The notes below the pieces were generated by a model. That model was not told the origin of the DNA. It saw only the letters and a program-made list of their open reading frames with translations, and searched no databases. The translations under genes were made by a program, and so were the position numbers. A stretch of DNA of 63,685 bases, counting the filler, from Craspedostauros australis (Eukaryota), in assembly GCA_030167865.1 (NCBI GenBank). It is 17 parts of 17 records of this genome, joined end to end, with 100 filler letters (N's around TTAATTAATTAA, not from the genome) between each part and the next. Parts side by side here need not be neighbours in the genome. Positions count along the whole stretch, not along the records: positions 11,613 to 12,700 come from JALAGF010002894.1; positions 12,801 to 14,106 come from JALAGF010002896.1; positions 14,207 to 15,859 come from JALAGF010002897.1; positions 15,960 to 17,398 come from JALAGF010002899.1; positions 17,499 to 19,096 come from JALAGF010002900.1; positions 19,197 to 21,525 come from JALAGF010002901.1; positions 21,626 to 39,042 come from JALAGF010002902.1; 10 more parts are not named here. The stretch is one strand, 5' to 3'. Each line of letters begins with the position of its first letter. Position 1 is the stretch's first letter. Of this stretch, positions 11,513-23,835 are shown piece after piece.

Positions 11513-12800
11513 NNNNNNNNNNNNNNNNNNNNNNNNNNNNNNNNNNNNNNNNNNNNTTAATTAATTAANNNNNNNNNNNNNNNNNNNNNNNNNNNNNNNN
11601 NNNNNNNNNNNNGGTACCAACCCCTTTGCACACTTGTAGGCATGGTGTCGAGGATGCAGTGTGCCACAGCACACATGAGGAGGTGCTGCTGTGCAGTAAG
11701 ATGCTCAAGAACGACAAGGATGATGGCAATCAAGGCAGCCTGGCGCTGGCGATGATGGTGGGAAGATATGACCCGCTGGAGTTCATCAGATGATAAATAC
11801 AGAGTTACACTAGGTGCATCTAAAGGAGGAGTTAAATTGCAACAGACAGGTGCGATGAAACGGGTGGGAACGAATAATCAATTTGCAGTAGAGCACATCG
11901 GATCAATCTGGTGTGAGCACAAAGTTTTGCTCCGATGTAGCCGTTGAGAACGAATTTTGGACTACCNCGACTCNTCAGAGAGATTATGAAATTATGAACG
12001 GTCTCCGAGGAGCGTTCATATTCGCGGACAATGAGTTCATAATTATTTCGATTGACGTTATGTGGACGTTGACCCCCAATTCGATGAGGAGCCGAAAGGT
12101 ATCTTGTGCCCTAAATGAAGCGATATGATTGGTCGAGAGGCGCAGATTATGAAATTATGACCCTTACAACCACCTCCAATGATATACTGCGTCTGCCACG
12201 TTCACGAACACTCATTGGCCGGGTATCTGAACGAGTCGAACAATGTCGGACTACAGCGATCGACGAGAATCGCAACAAGACCATCTCAAATTGTTGTTTC
12301 CGTGGTGAACAGTAGGTATCACGTCAATTGAATGTTTGCATCGAGCGGTATTCACTGGCTTTGTTGAGATACTAGGGGGATATCGCATTTCACATTGCGA
12401 GTCCCACGGTACAAAATAACCTGATAATGACATTTTTAGAGGGGCAACATGCGAACTTCCCCCTCGGAAAGTGAAACTCGATTGCGTTTTAGGAGCCAAA
12501 AACACAATTGAGTTTCACATTGCAGTCCCGGCAATCCAACCTTCCACGTGTTGGAACGAAACCAATGGCCAATCATTTCTCTTCATTTGCAGCAATGTTG
12601 AGTCGTCCTTGTCGTAAAAATGATATTTTGTTGAGATGCTAGTGATGATGAAACTAGCATTCCGAATGAGGGGTGCATGGAGCGATAGAGAGCGATTACG
12701 NNNNNNNNNNNNNNNNNNNNNNNNNNNNNNNNNNNNNNNNNNNNTTAATTAATTAANNNNNNNNNNNNNNNNNNNNNNNNNNNNNNNNNNNNNNNNNNNN

Positions 12801-14106
12801 AGTTGCTCTCGGAATGGTTGCCTTCGGAATATTCTTCACTCTTGCGTTCGCGACCGCGCAGTCGCGACATACCGGCATCTCGCCAATGATCTTCCATCCA
12901 TACTGGGCGGCTGTCCGCTTCATGGTCTCAAGTGGCGCATGGCCGAGCATGCGATGCAAGTTCACTGCGCTGATCTCCTTGGATGGATTCTTGATGATGG
13001 CTGTGCAAGCCTTGTCGTCGTCTGTTGGCATGATGGGATGCATCTGCACTCCCGTGATGAACCCGTTGGATGTGGGGAAGACTCGATCGAACACGATCTT
13101 CATTCCGGATCCGTTGATGATGTCCATCAGAATGCCGTTGTTACCAAGCTTGTAACCGTTGTACAGAGCCTTGTTCGTGGAGAAAAGGTTCATCGCCATT
13201 TTCGGTGTGTACTTCACATCATCGAGCCGGATGATGTGGCCAGTGTTGTCTCGTTGCTTGACCTTCAAGCGAATGAATCCCATTTTGGGAGAGTCCAGCT
13301 TCGTGCTGTCTCCCACTTGGACGAAGGACTTGATGTGCCGCACGTTGAAGAGAGCGGCGTCTGAGTTGACGATGTGACACGAAGCTCCGCTGTCGGCAAG
13401 CCAGGTGTCCTTGTTGACCTTGTCCTTGTGCTTGGTGCTCAGCTCGTGGAGCTACTCCACTGCTGCCGCAGCTATCTCGTCGTCGAAGCTGCCGTCGCTG
13501 TTCGTTTCGTCTTGGCCTCTATCATTGTCGTTGATCTCGTCGTCGGCCTCTTCGCTCATGGCCTCTTCGATGTCGCTATCGTCGGCCTCGTTGCCCATCT
13601 CGGCTCCGTCGCCGTATGGACCGATCAGGTCGTGCACGTTGAAGCAGCATTTGTAGCTCACTTCGCGTCTTGGATCCACCTTGTGGATGATTGGCTCCTC
13701 GTTGAGCCACTCCGGGACGATCTCATCGTCCACCACTTCGTCGTCACTCCCGACGTATTCGAAGTTATCGAAGAAGGAGTCTTCGATGTAGTCGTCGGAC
13801 ACCAACATGCAGAGCGGCATGTCATTTGCTGAGAGTACCATCTCGTGCCCGCTCTTGTCGTGTCCTTGTGTTGCTGTGTTGGCCTGCTCGTCGGCCTTCT
13901 TCTTCTCGTTGAACTTCTTCTTTCGGCACTCCGCCTCGCGGTGTCCGAAGATGCCACAGTAGTTGCACTTCCCGTTGAAGCCGCTTCCCTTGTTGCGGTT
14001 GTTGTTACGCTTTCCGTTCATCTTGTTGTTGTTGTTGTTGTTGTTGTTTTTCTTGTTATTCGATTTCTTGCGTTCTGGGCAATCGGCGGATCTATGGCCA
14101 TACACG
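12801..14106 (-). mobile_element. Copia fragment: gag zinc knuckles, acidic linker, protease, GAG-pre-integrase
   Basis: YGHRSADCP and CNYCGIFGHREAEC (CCHC knuckles); WLADSGASCHI; LHRMLGH..CRDC; single TAG at 13452-13454 where the sister copy has CAG. Confidence 0.95.
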
Positions 14107-14206
14107 NNNNNNNNNNNNNNNNNNNNNNNNNNNNNNNNNNNNNNNNNNNNTTAATTAATTAANNNNNNNNNNNNNNNNNNNNNNNNNNNNNNNNNNNNNN
14201 NNNNNN

Positions 14207-15859
14207 CGCAAGTCCCTCGCGGCCGGGTGTTGTTCTTCGTCATGCACTTTGGCGTTCCTGGTCATCCACACCTCCCAGGGCACTTTCCGTATCCATCACA
14301 CCATTTCCCAAGCCCATGCTTTTGCGTCTGGATATCAGCACTTGTGCGTCATCATCCAGTGCTCCTACTGGCTTTTTCAGTCCTCGTGCAGAAGCCCTAC
14401 CAGTAGTGGGGACCATCCAATGGCACTTTGTGTGTCATTCGAGCCTACGTTCCTCCTCCATTTCACCAAACCAAACCCACTCTCATGTTCCTAACCAATC
14501 GTGGGGATGTTCCAATCTCCGCCATGCGATCCACTAGGTTCGAGGTGGCGATCGTCCATGCCTCGTGATGTTCTGGGCATTGCAACACGTTCTGGGTGGT
14601 TTCGTCGCACCTGCAGAACTTGCATTTGGCCAATGACATCTGTCCGGTCTGGAGCAACTTCTTGTTGACCCCAATGAATCCAGAGGCCCACTTCGAAATG
14701 AACATGGTCAAGCTGCAGTTTTGCTTGGACTGGCGCGCCGCCTTGTCCGTGCGCCAATCGACCTGGTCCAACTGGTTGCTGTCCCACTGGAACTTCAATG
14801 ACCAATACTTCATCGCCAAGGCAGACTGAAGGAGCTCATTCATCGCACCTGGGTCTACGTGTGAGTGGTCGTCTTTGCAAAGCTGGAGTCGCCACCTGCC
14901 GGTGTCAGTGGACCAGGTTCGCACGTAGGGTCTCTGACAGGTTTCTTCCCAGAATTGCTTGGCTTTCTCGTCGGCCTCCACATTGAGCTGCTCCAGCACC
15001 GTCAGCTGTTTGCCAGTGGCTTCTTGGTGCTCCTTCACCCATTCCCACTTCAGCAAAGCCAGGATCTGCCATTGGAGCCTCCTGATTTCTGTGAGAACAT
15101 CCCAGTTCTTTTGGCTTGGTAGCAAGTCGTCCTCCTGTGCTTGCAAGAGCGCCTGCTTGCCGTCCAGGGCAATGGTGATCACACTGTCCTCGTGAATGCC
15201 TGGAATCTCCAAGACGATTGCAAGGGACGCCCATATCCCAGCTAACTCACTTCCATAGGCACTGTGAACTTCTGGGGCCCCCAGAACAAACGCTTGGCAG
15301 TACATGTACTGCTGGGATTCGACGTCAAACGCAATCGATACTGATGTCCCTCGCCTGTCTTTGACGACCCGTCGCTCACCATCAAAAGGCTGTTGTGGCT
15401 TGCTTCCCTTGTTGCCTCGTGGAGCACCATATCCCCCACTAGGATTTCAATTGGATCATATGCGGCGGTGGGCTCGTCAGGAGGCTTTGTGAGCCTAACA
15501 TGCCTGTCCCATTCAATTCCGCGTTCTGTGGAAACCACAGAGACTCTCTGGGCGTTCGCTGGAGCTTCAGTCACTGTCGCGATTTGGGTGTACTGCTTCC
15601 TTTGGGTCCGGCTTCGTTGATACAGTCGATACCATAGAATTGGAGAGGCAGCCAGGTCCAAGATGTCATCTTGATATGGCTCCTTCCACCATCGCCACGA
15701 GCTGTCGTCGCAGTGCCGCTTGCCCAATGATCAGTGTAGCGTTATTCCTTGGTACCATATCAATCTGCACCACTGTTGCCACTCCTTCCACCAACCACTT
15801 GGTAATCTCTGTGGTTGCTTTGCCCATCATCTTGGTATGATGGACGCCCGTATTCCGTC
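14207..15859 (-). mobile_element. Non-LTR retrotransposon (Ambal-like) C-terminal fragment with RNase H and zinc finger, frameshifted
   Basis: VSDGSSK..SAYGSELAGI..IALDG..WEWVKEHQ..LNVEADEKAK (RNase H); CKFCRCDETTQNVLQCP; downstream QSAIGWSPLLVG and WEVWMTRN motifs in a shifted frame. Confidence 0.8.
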
Positions 15860-17498
15860 NNNNNNNNNNNNNNNNNNNNNNNNNNNNNNNNNNNNNNNNN
15901 NNNTTAATTAATTAANNNNNNNNNNNNNNNNNNNNNNNNNNNNNNNNNNNNNNNNNNNNCCCCAATGGTTCCCTGACACGAATTCCGAAGATCTGCTTCA
16001 AGGTTCTGGATCTGTCTCCAAACGTGGGGTTCGGCGAAGTGTCTGTTCGATCTACTGGAATGCTGACGAGTCGGATGATTCGTAGTCTCTCTCGCTAAGG
16101 TGGTTACTAGTTTAGCTCTATTATGGTTTCCATTGCTTGCGCACGACAGTGCTCTTGCTTGTGTCTTGCACAGGCGACGACTTGGTGGCAGCACCATACG
16201 TCAATGGCTTGCTCACGGGCGACGACAGCGTCCAAAACAATGACTTCTTTTCGGGTTGCGCCGACACGTCCTTCTCGACGACATCCGACATGGCCGCCGT
16301 TGTCGATGATGATCGATCGTCGCGCAGATTCGGCTTCGTCGTCGGACTCAGATGCAGTTCGAACGATGCGCTCTTGTCGTTGGTCACGCGGCTGGCCTGC
16401 GATCTGGATTTGGGACTGCTGTTCTCAATGGATCGTCGGCTGCTGTTGTGGAACGAGGCACGAAAGGCTGGTGGCAAATGAGGATCGAACTGCTCTTGTG
16501 AATTCTGCTGCTGCGAATCATGACCCTTGCCCAACAGCTCGTCGATGCCCAGAGACCGGCTTGACGATGGTGCCGTGCTGGAATCCATTGTTGTCGTTGG
16601 GCGATGAACGCCTGCGTGTTGGGGAGGGTTGTGCCTCTCCCCAAAAGTCTCGTGGCGCTATCTGGCAGAGCAGGTCGTACTAGTAAGCGGTGTCGTTGTG
16701 CTCACGAACCCTTTCGATCACCCAAACCAAGCAGGTACCCACGCAGGTGACGCAACCAGAGACGTCCTTGCTTCACGCACTCGTGTGGTACACTGTGGTA
16801 TGCTATGGCGCCTGATGTTCGTGGTCGCAACTTGTGCTCAATGTCGCTGTGCGTGGTACGGCTCGTGGTGTGGCTTGTATGACGACGGTTCGTCCCACTT
16901 CAACAATAGGCGCCGAAGGCAACAATCGCAACAAAGTTAAAGACAAGGACGAGGATGGTTGTTGTCTTGTCTCTCTTGTTGTTCTTGTTCTTGTTGGCGG
17001 TGTTGATGTGCAGAACTCGTCCAGTCATGTGCCATTGTCGTGCCACCCTTGATCTATCACAAGCTTTGTTGTGCTGCCTTCACTCACTGCACCTCTCTCT
17101 GTTTCCTGCACAAGCGTTCTTGCTGTTCGTGTTGGGTGATGATGTGAGTCGTTCCCTGGAGAGGCGCTTTCTGTCCAAATCACTCCAACCGGTTGCTATC
17201 TCGTGTGGAGTCCTTGTTTCCAATTCCATCCGAACATGGATGATGTTGTCGTTGAGTACTTTAAGCCTCAAGTATCTGTCCTACGCCGTGTCCTTCGTTA
17301 ATTAGGATATTGTCATGGTAGTTCCTTGACATTAATATGGTCTTGGATACGCGACAAGAATAGGGTCATTGTGACCCCAGCTCCAACAATCAAAATCCNN
17401 NNNNNNNNNNNNNNNNNNNNNNNNNNNNNNNNNNNNNNNNNNTTAATTAATTAANNNNNNNNNNNNNNNNNNNNNNNNNNNNNNNNNNNNNNNNNNNN

Positions 17499-19096
17499 TT
17501 CTTGAGGGAGGCGTCGCTGACAGCCACGAATCGCCGTCGAACCTTGTCGTCATCAGCAAGGATGGTGCGGAGCATTTTGCATTGTGTGGCTTTGCTTCAC
17601 TGGGCCTTGCTGCGGTAGAACATAACCATGAGTTCGATGAAGTCTTTGTCAGGGAGGGCATCCTCTTCAGGGGCATCGTCGCGGAGAGAGGAGAGAAGTG
17701 CAATTTCAACATGACGGGAATTGAAGGTGGGAGATGTGAGTTTGGAGTATAAATCAAGTGCGCGCAATCTCGCCTTTTCTGCTTGCAATGCTTGAAGGTA
17801 CTTCGCCTTCCGACCAAGTACGTCATATCCCAAGTAGCGGCCAATGCACTCTCATGCAGGTTGATTGAATATGGTGGCGTTGTCAGCATTGCACCACTCT
17901 CCGCTTTCAAGCACCTTCTGTATCATGCTGTAGGTGGAGGTGCTCGTGAACGCGAAGCGGCGGTGGACGAACCACAGATGGTCACCCTGGCCACAGGTGA
18001 GTCCATCCACAGGTAGATCCCACACCATGTCTGCCCAACGCTGTTTCACATTCTTGGATGCGGCAGCCACAATGCCGGTTGCGCCAAGGGGAGTTTGGNN
18101 NNNNNNNNNNNNNNNNNNNNNNNNNNNNNNNNNNNNNNNNNNNNNNNNNNNNNNNNNNNNNNNNNNNNNNNNNNNNNNNNNNNNNNNNNNNGATTGTTCC
18201 CATGCTTGTCCTCCACCATGTCTTGGTACTTTTGTTGGTCACTGGCATTGCTGAGGGTGAGGTCCCACTCAAAGCCACTCGATCTTGTGGAGAGTGCAAG
18301 CACAGTTTGTTCGTTGAGTCGGTATCCATAGCATGTCAATTGTCGTTTGCCAATGCTGTTGGTGACAGCGCTATGCACCATCCGTGGCCCCTTCCTCCCA
18401 ATATTCATCTGGAGTGCACCCTTGCCAATGGATGGGCCAAAGGTGAATGGTAGGTATCCAGCTCGCATGTGTGTACCCTCCAGATTGGCACCCCTGGTAG
18501 TGAGGAAGACGGTGGTGCTGCGGCAGTTGTATCCTCGATCTGTCATGAGGGTTAGATTTCAAAAAGAACCATCTGGTTCTTTTAGTTGGGTGAACAACCA
18601 ATAGGTGTCGTCATCCAACCCATCTTGGCAAGCAGCCAACCCCACAACAAGTCCAGAAGCAGACTGGACAAGAGTGTTCAGGGTTAATCTGAAGGAACGC
18701 AGAAGACGGAAACGAGACGGAGACCTGGGGTGAGGAATTGAAATATGAAATGGAGATGCCACCCCTCTGCAACAAAACACACAATGCTGTTCGTCACTTA
18801 CCCATTACGATTTGCATGAGTATGTCTCATGCCAAGCAAATAGCTGCTCTCCGCACAGCTGCTGCAATGGACCTTGTCATCATCCAATGTGACGATCCGA
18901 TTCGGGCAACGATGCCAAAGACAAAGAATCTCAAGTGTCAAGTTAAAAGCACTTTCCAATTCGGTCCAAACAAAGCGATGGCCATTCCGAGAGACAGGGT
19001 TTCCATTACGTTGAATACGATCCCAGAGATTGACGTAGTGCTGTCTGGTGGGAAAGCTGGGAAGTGTGGAAGCGTTGCCGCCATCGTAGAGCCGAC
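17499..19096 (-). mobile_element. Decayed DNA-transposon-like gene: piggyBac-like DD motifs followed by a YqaJ-like motif
   Basis: IVTLDDDK (~18873-18896), putative intron 18801-18689 (GTAAGT..TTCAG), GLTLNTLVQSASGL, LMTDRGY (~18529-18549), then GQGDHLWFVHRRFAFTST (~17938-17994). In-frame TGAs at 18559, 17852 and 17597. Confidence 0.55.
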
Positions 19097-19196
19097 NNNN
19101 NNNNNNNNNNNNNNNNNNNNNNNNNNNNNNNNNNNNNNNNTTAATTAATTAANNNNNNNNNNNNNNNNNNNNNNNNNNNNNNNNNNNNNNNNNNNN

Positions 19197-20462
19197 GGAG
19201 CGGTCGCTCTGCTGGAAGCTGGGAATGTACAACCGCTTCCATGCAAGGATGCGCATGGAAGTCGCGTAATCGTAGCGACAGAGTTCGTCCCGAGCATGTT
19301 CGACACCTTGGCAAATGCCCGGGCCCTGTTTTACGCAGCCATGACGGTTGTAGAAGACGTCGACGCACAGAAGAACGGAGTAGTGATGGTGCATGCACTG
19401 GACAAGATGATGCCGAATGTAACATCAAAACAACGGCTGAACATGTGCATTTGCGCGCAGACCACCACGACCACGCCGGTGAACGTAAAGAGGATGTACT
19501 TCCTATCAGACGATACGAAGGACATGAGGGCCATGGTAGACATTTTTCAGCTCTCGCTGGCCCATCATACTCGCCACCGATTCAAGCCATTCTTCGGTAC
19601 GCTGGCTGNTAACATCAAGAGCCTCTCTTNGCACGGCGTGTCACCTCAGGTCCTGCCATTCGATGACAGGGGGATGCTCAAAATGGCGGGGGCCAGCGCT
19701 TGGATCATGCATCGCAGAGCGCTGGAAGCTTACCGGACCGCAATGGCAACACAGATGAGAAACGGGAATGGCACCTCTGGCGCTCACGATCATCCTGAGC
19801 GCAATGGTGCCAGTGACGTAGCGGAGATGCAAGTCGTTCAAGACGCTGAAGAAGAGGAAGACAAGAATGCCGTTGTGGATCTCCAACCGCCAGACCGATG
19901 CGCAGACATCCCAGCAGCTGCAGTCGTGCGTAATGGCAGGTCGCCAACTCTGTCACTCCCACCAAAACAGAGGTCAATGCCACCATCATCACAGCAGCTT
20001 TCTTCATCGCTGCCACTCACGGTGGTTGATCCAATTGAAAGCGACAGCATTCGTCCAAGTTGCAGTCCAACTGAAGTTGACATTCTGATGGGACGTGGAA
20101 GGCCATTTCAAGAGCACCCCGGCAATCAGTACATGAAAGCAGTCATTGCTGATATGTTCGATGAGTACGACAAAGCGCCAAGGTGGGCCAAGCTGAACGT
20201 CGCTGAGAAGCTGGTGCACAAGATGCAGGAGCGAAAGGGCCGCTTCCTCAAGAAGTGCAAGGAGACAGGCTGTTGGATCGAGGTCACCTTCGCGGAAGCA
20301 CGGGACAAGGCCGCGCATGGCTTCCGCAAGAAGCGCGAGATGGATCTCGCTCGGGCAAGAAGAGATGAGAGACTGTCGCCCACAACCAAGAAACGGAGGA
20401 GGCGAGCACCATCGAAATCAAGCAAACCAACCAAGTCCATCTCTCGAAAGAGGCATTTTTGA
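19197..20462 (+). CDS. CRAL-TRIO-like + DUF6824 protein, 5'-partial
   Basis: Open from the contig edge (LLEAGNVQPLPCKDAHGSRVIV; DVDAQKNGVVMV). C-terminal DILMGRG..HPGN..GRFLK..WIEV..ARDKAAHGFR matches DUF6824; basic NLS-like tail KKRRRR. Confidence 0.8.
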   Translation, partial: GAVALLEAGNVQPLPCKDAHGSRVIVATEFVPSMFDTLANARALFYAAMTVVEDVDAQKNGVVMVHALDKMMPNVTSKQRLNMCICAQTTTTTPVNVKRMYFLSDDTKDMRAMVDIFQLSLAHHTRHRFKPFFGTLAXNIKSLSXHGVSPQVLPFDDRGMLKMAGASAWIMHRRALEAYRTAMATQMRNGNGTSGAHDHPERNGASDVAEMQVVQDAEEEEDKNAVVDLQPPDRCADIPAAAVVRNGRSPTLSLPPKQRSMPPSSQQLSSSLPLTVVDPIESDSIRPSCSPTEVDILMGRGRPFQEHPGNQYMKAVIADMFDEYDKAPRWAKLNVAEKLVHKMQERKGRFLKKCKETGCWIEVTFAEARDKAAHGFRKKREMDLARARRDERLSPTTKKRRRRAPSKSSKPTKSISRKRHF

Positions 20463-22835
20463 TGCAGGTGTATGAGTTAGTACGTATAATATCTATTGCA
20501 TGTGGAATAGAGGACCAGAGACTTGGCCCGTTGGTCAGATGGAAGCGGAATCACTAATGTTAGTCATTGTGTTGCATATCCACATACCGCAATAGAGAAG
20601 TCACACCTGCAATCGTCTGCACGCATGAGCAGCAGAGAGATAGACGGGAAAACAGATCCCACGTTTTCATCTTTGGGTGATGCTCGCGCTTTTGCATGGT
20701 TGGACGCCAGATTCATGGTCTCGCCTCCTCAATTTCGCGATATCCATCTGTAGCGCAACGTGCGTACGTACCGAAATAGTAGGAGTACAAGCGCGTCTTC
20801 GACTGCTTTGAGGCGCGCCCCAAAAGATATCGATATCTCGACGGTATCGTACCATGTGGTATGTACACGTGACACTTCACCAGTACGAGGCGATCTTGTT
20901 TGTTGTGGAGATGATCAAGCCATCGCCACTGAAATTGCCGTTCTTGTCCCAAGTTGCGGAGGTTGTTCTGCTGTTCATGCACCGCAGGCAATGCTTTCCA
21001 TGTTCCTCATGTCTCTGACCGTGCCCCAACTGCGAAAGATCCGTTGCCATTCCGACAAAAAGTGAGTCATCGATGAAACGCGCGTCCTCACCTTGACGAT
21101 TCAGCATGACGATGGGATGGTGCATGCTCGAGTGGAGCAGAGTAGAGTTTGCGCGCGGCGGGGCATGGTCGGGTGGGCGACTCATGGTGCGAGCACAAAG
21201 CTTGATGTTCTCCGATGGAGAATTTCGAACCACGTATCTCCCGTCGCTGCCCACAGCGAATTCTTCCCAACGATCCAACAATAGGTCTATTCATCCACGA
21301 TGATTGCTGGAGACTCGCCTCGACGGGAGGTCTCAGCGTTAGCATTGGAGTGGATATCAGGCTCGACATCGGGACTGGCCGTATCACCGTGGGTGTTTTG
21401 GCCATTGGTGCCGTTGGAATCCTCACTGACTACGGCATTCACCTGCGACTGTGGCGGCGCCTGCGCCCCATCCACCAAGGTGCTCAACCAGGGTCCATCA
21501 TCAGTGTCATCATGTTCCCCGACCCNNNNNNNNNNNNNNNNNNNNNNNNNNNNNNNNNNNNNNNNNNNNTTAATTAATTAANNNNNNNNNNNNNNNNNNN
21601 NNNNNNNNNNNNNNNNNNNNNNNNNCCCGCATACTCTGTATCTCTCTTCCCTTATGAATACAAGCAAACTTCAGACAACCAGGTGTTCAGTCATGAGTGT
21701 ATATAGACCACTCCGCCGTCTTCGAATCACAACTGCTCTGTTCTCCGCATGACGCACTTGAATGCGCAGTTGCTCTGCTTGCAGCAATCCACCACCAATG
21801 AGTGCCGTCTGTGTATCGTGCAACAGCAATCGGATTTGCGAAGAAACGTGCATGGGCGAAGCGACTAAGCGAGAACAATCCAAAAACGCTCTTTGCAAAT
21901 ACGAGTAGAATTGCACACAACCGGCAACTGTTTGTTGGAACCGCGAAAACAACACGACTTGAACGTGTCTCGGAAATCGCGATACACAAAGTTGATGGTA
22001 TCATTGTACAACACATGGAGTAGTCGACATGGTACATGTGAAGTTCTTACAAAGCACTACACATGATGCCTAACAGATGCAATGGGACTCGTTTTGTAGT
22101 GCTGGGAAATACAGGAAAACAATAACAGGAAATGCTGACATTTTCCCTACATCCGGGAAAATGTCGTCTATTTCCCCTGCTCCCTGCGTGTTCTTTGTGC
22201 GTCAAGATCGCAGTTATGTGCACATGTTGCTGTCGTGTCATTCCCCCACCAACGCTCGCCTCACAACCACACAAACAAGACACGACAAAGCACGGCCAGT
22301 GCGCTGTCGTGCATTTTGCCTTCCTCTCGAATCTGAGCGCAGCCTGCGACATATATCTTTTCAGATCCAGCCAATCAGATCATGCTGATGTCACCGTCAT
22401 TGACACAAGATCCGAAACGAACCAATCCGAAAACGTCTTTGATCGTTTCGGTCGGAGTTGTGTCGTTCGACATATTCATGACTCGATCGCAATGTTGAGT
22501 TGATCCGTTGAGTCAAGTCTTGCGAACATGGTGGATGGGATCAAGTCGTGGCGTCTCTCTTGTTCTGGTTCTTTTGCTCTTCCTTCGTTCGCTGTTGGTG
22601 TCTTGTTGTGCTTTTTCTGCTGAGAGAGGGGCGCTTGCTGTTGTTCTTGTTTGTGCTTGTGCCTCAAGGTGGGGCAGTCCGTGTGAGTACCAGTATCTTC
22701 ATGTCCTCTCTCTGGGACAAACTCATAATCACAACAACCAGAGCAACCACAACAACCACAACAAACAACAACCACGCGATCCCAACAACAGCAAAGCAAC
22801 AAAGCATAACAATCACAGCAACCACAACCAGCACC

Positions 22836-23303
22836 ATGACCAAGCGCAACACATCGTACGAAGCCTCCCAACCACCAATCGTCGTTCCCCTGAGCACGAT
22901 CGCAGTGGATGGCAACCAGAGCACCAGCGCCAATGTCCCAACGGCCCCACCGACGCCTTCCGTCCAAGGCTACGCCACGCACAGCCACAACGTCCCAGCC
23001 GACGACAGCACCTTCTCCGCCTACAACGACACGGAAGCAACCAAGATCGACGGCCGCACGCCCATGTTCCTGATCCGCTGTCCCACTTGCAACCGCGAAA
23101 ATGTGAGAACGCTGACGAGGACGTATCCCAACGCGGCGACGTGGGTGTTCGTGGGGATCAGCGCCATCGTCTTCACGCCGCTCTTTTGGGTGCCGTTGGT
23201 CATGGATTCGATGAAGCAGACGGATCACTTCTGCCAATCGTGCGGCGGCAAGGTCGGGACCGTCAAGCCCATGGAGGATTGTTGTGTCAAGGAGATGCAT
23301 TGA
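22836..23303 (+). CDS. LITAF-domain zinc-ribbon protein
   Basis: Pro-rich N-terminus, CPTC, hydrophobic stretch, HFCQSCGGKVG; ATG 22836 chosen within ORF 22548..23303. Confidence 0.88.
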   Translation: MTKRNTSYEASQPPIVVPLSTIAVDGNQSTSANVPTAPPTPSVQGYATHSHNVPADDSTFSAYNDTEATKIDGRTPMFLIRCPTCNRENVRTLTRTYPNAATWVFVGISAIVFTPLFWVPLVMDSMKQTDHFCQSCGGKVGTVKPMEDCCVKEMH

Positions 23304-23835
23304 TCGGTGCATCGATGAGCGCGTCGAGCGCTGCATTGGGGATGGGTGTTCGCAAGAGGTCGAACCAGATCTCTCCCTGTTGACACCGCATCCGCGCTAG
23401 CTTTTGCTCTCAGAGCACACTCAGGTTCCAGCGCGAACACTAAAAGTAACACTAACACTAACAAGTGTATCAATACATGGCAAACTAATCGACATGCTAC
23501 TCTGCATTCGGTATTCGTACGAGTAACATTATCATGTCAAACAACAACGCCACGTTGCTCACAAGAGCTGACATCGTGAGGTCAACGAAGAGCTTCCAGC
23601 TTGAAGCAGCCCGTCAGGTTGGACACAATGACTGTGCTTGTCCAATGTCTCGCTTGGTGGAATCAATTGCATTCGTTCCCATCTGTCTCTCGTCATCGAC
23701 GCAATCTCTGGCATTGCTGTCAACGCTGACAGTCCCTTGTGTGCCGTTGAATCCAGTGACGATTCAGTAGAGTAGAGCAGAGCATGATGGTCACTCTACT
23801 TTGCATTACGGGCTTTGCTTACACTAATATCACTA

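Noticed and set aside
13452..13454. Programmed gag-pol TAG readthrough
   Set aside because: The sister copy has CAG at the same codon, so a point mutation is simpler
15960..17398. Ser-rich ORF 16121-16588 as a gene or retroelement ORF1
   Set aside because: No recognisable domain; short contig; cannot be supported
20625..21525. Stop-interrupted minus-strand coding-like sequence
   Set aside because: No family motif recognised
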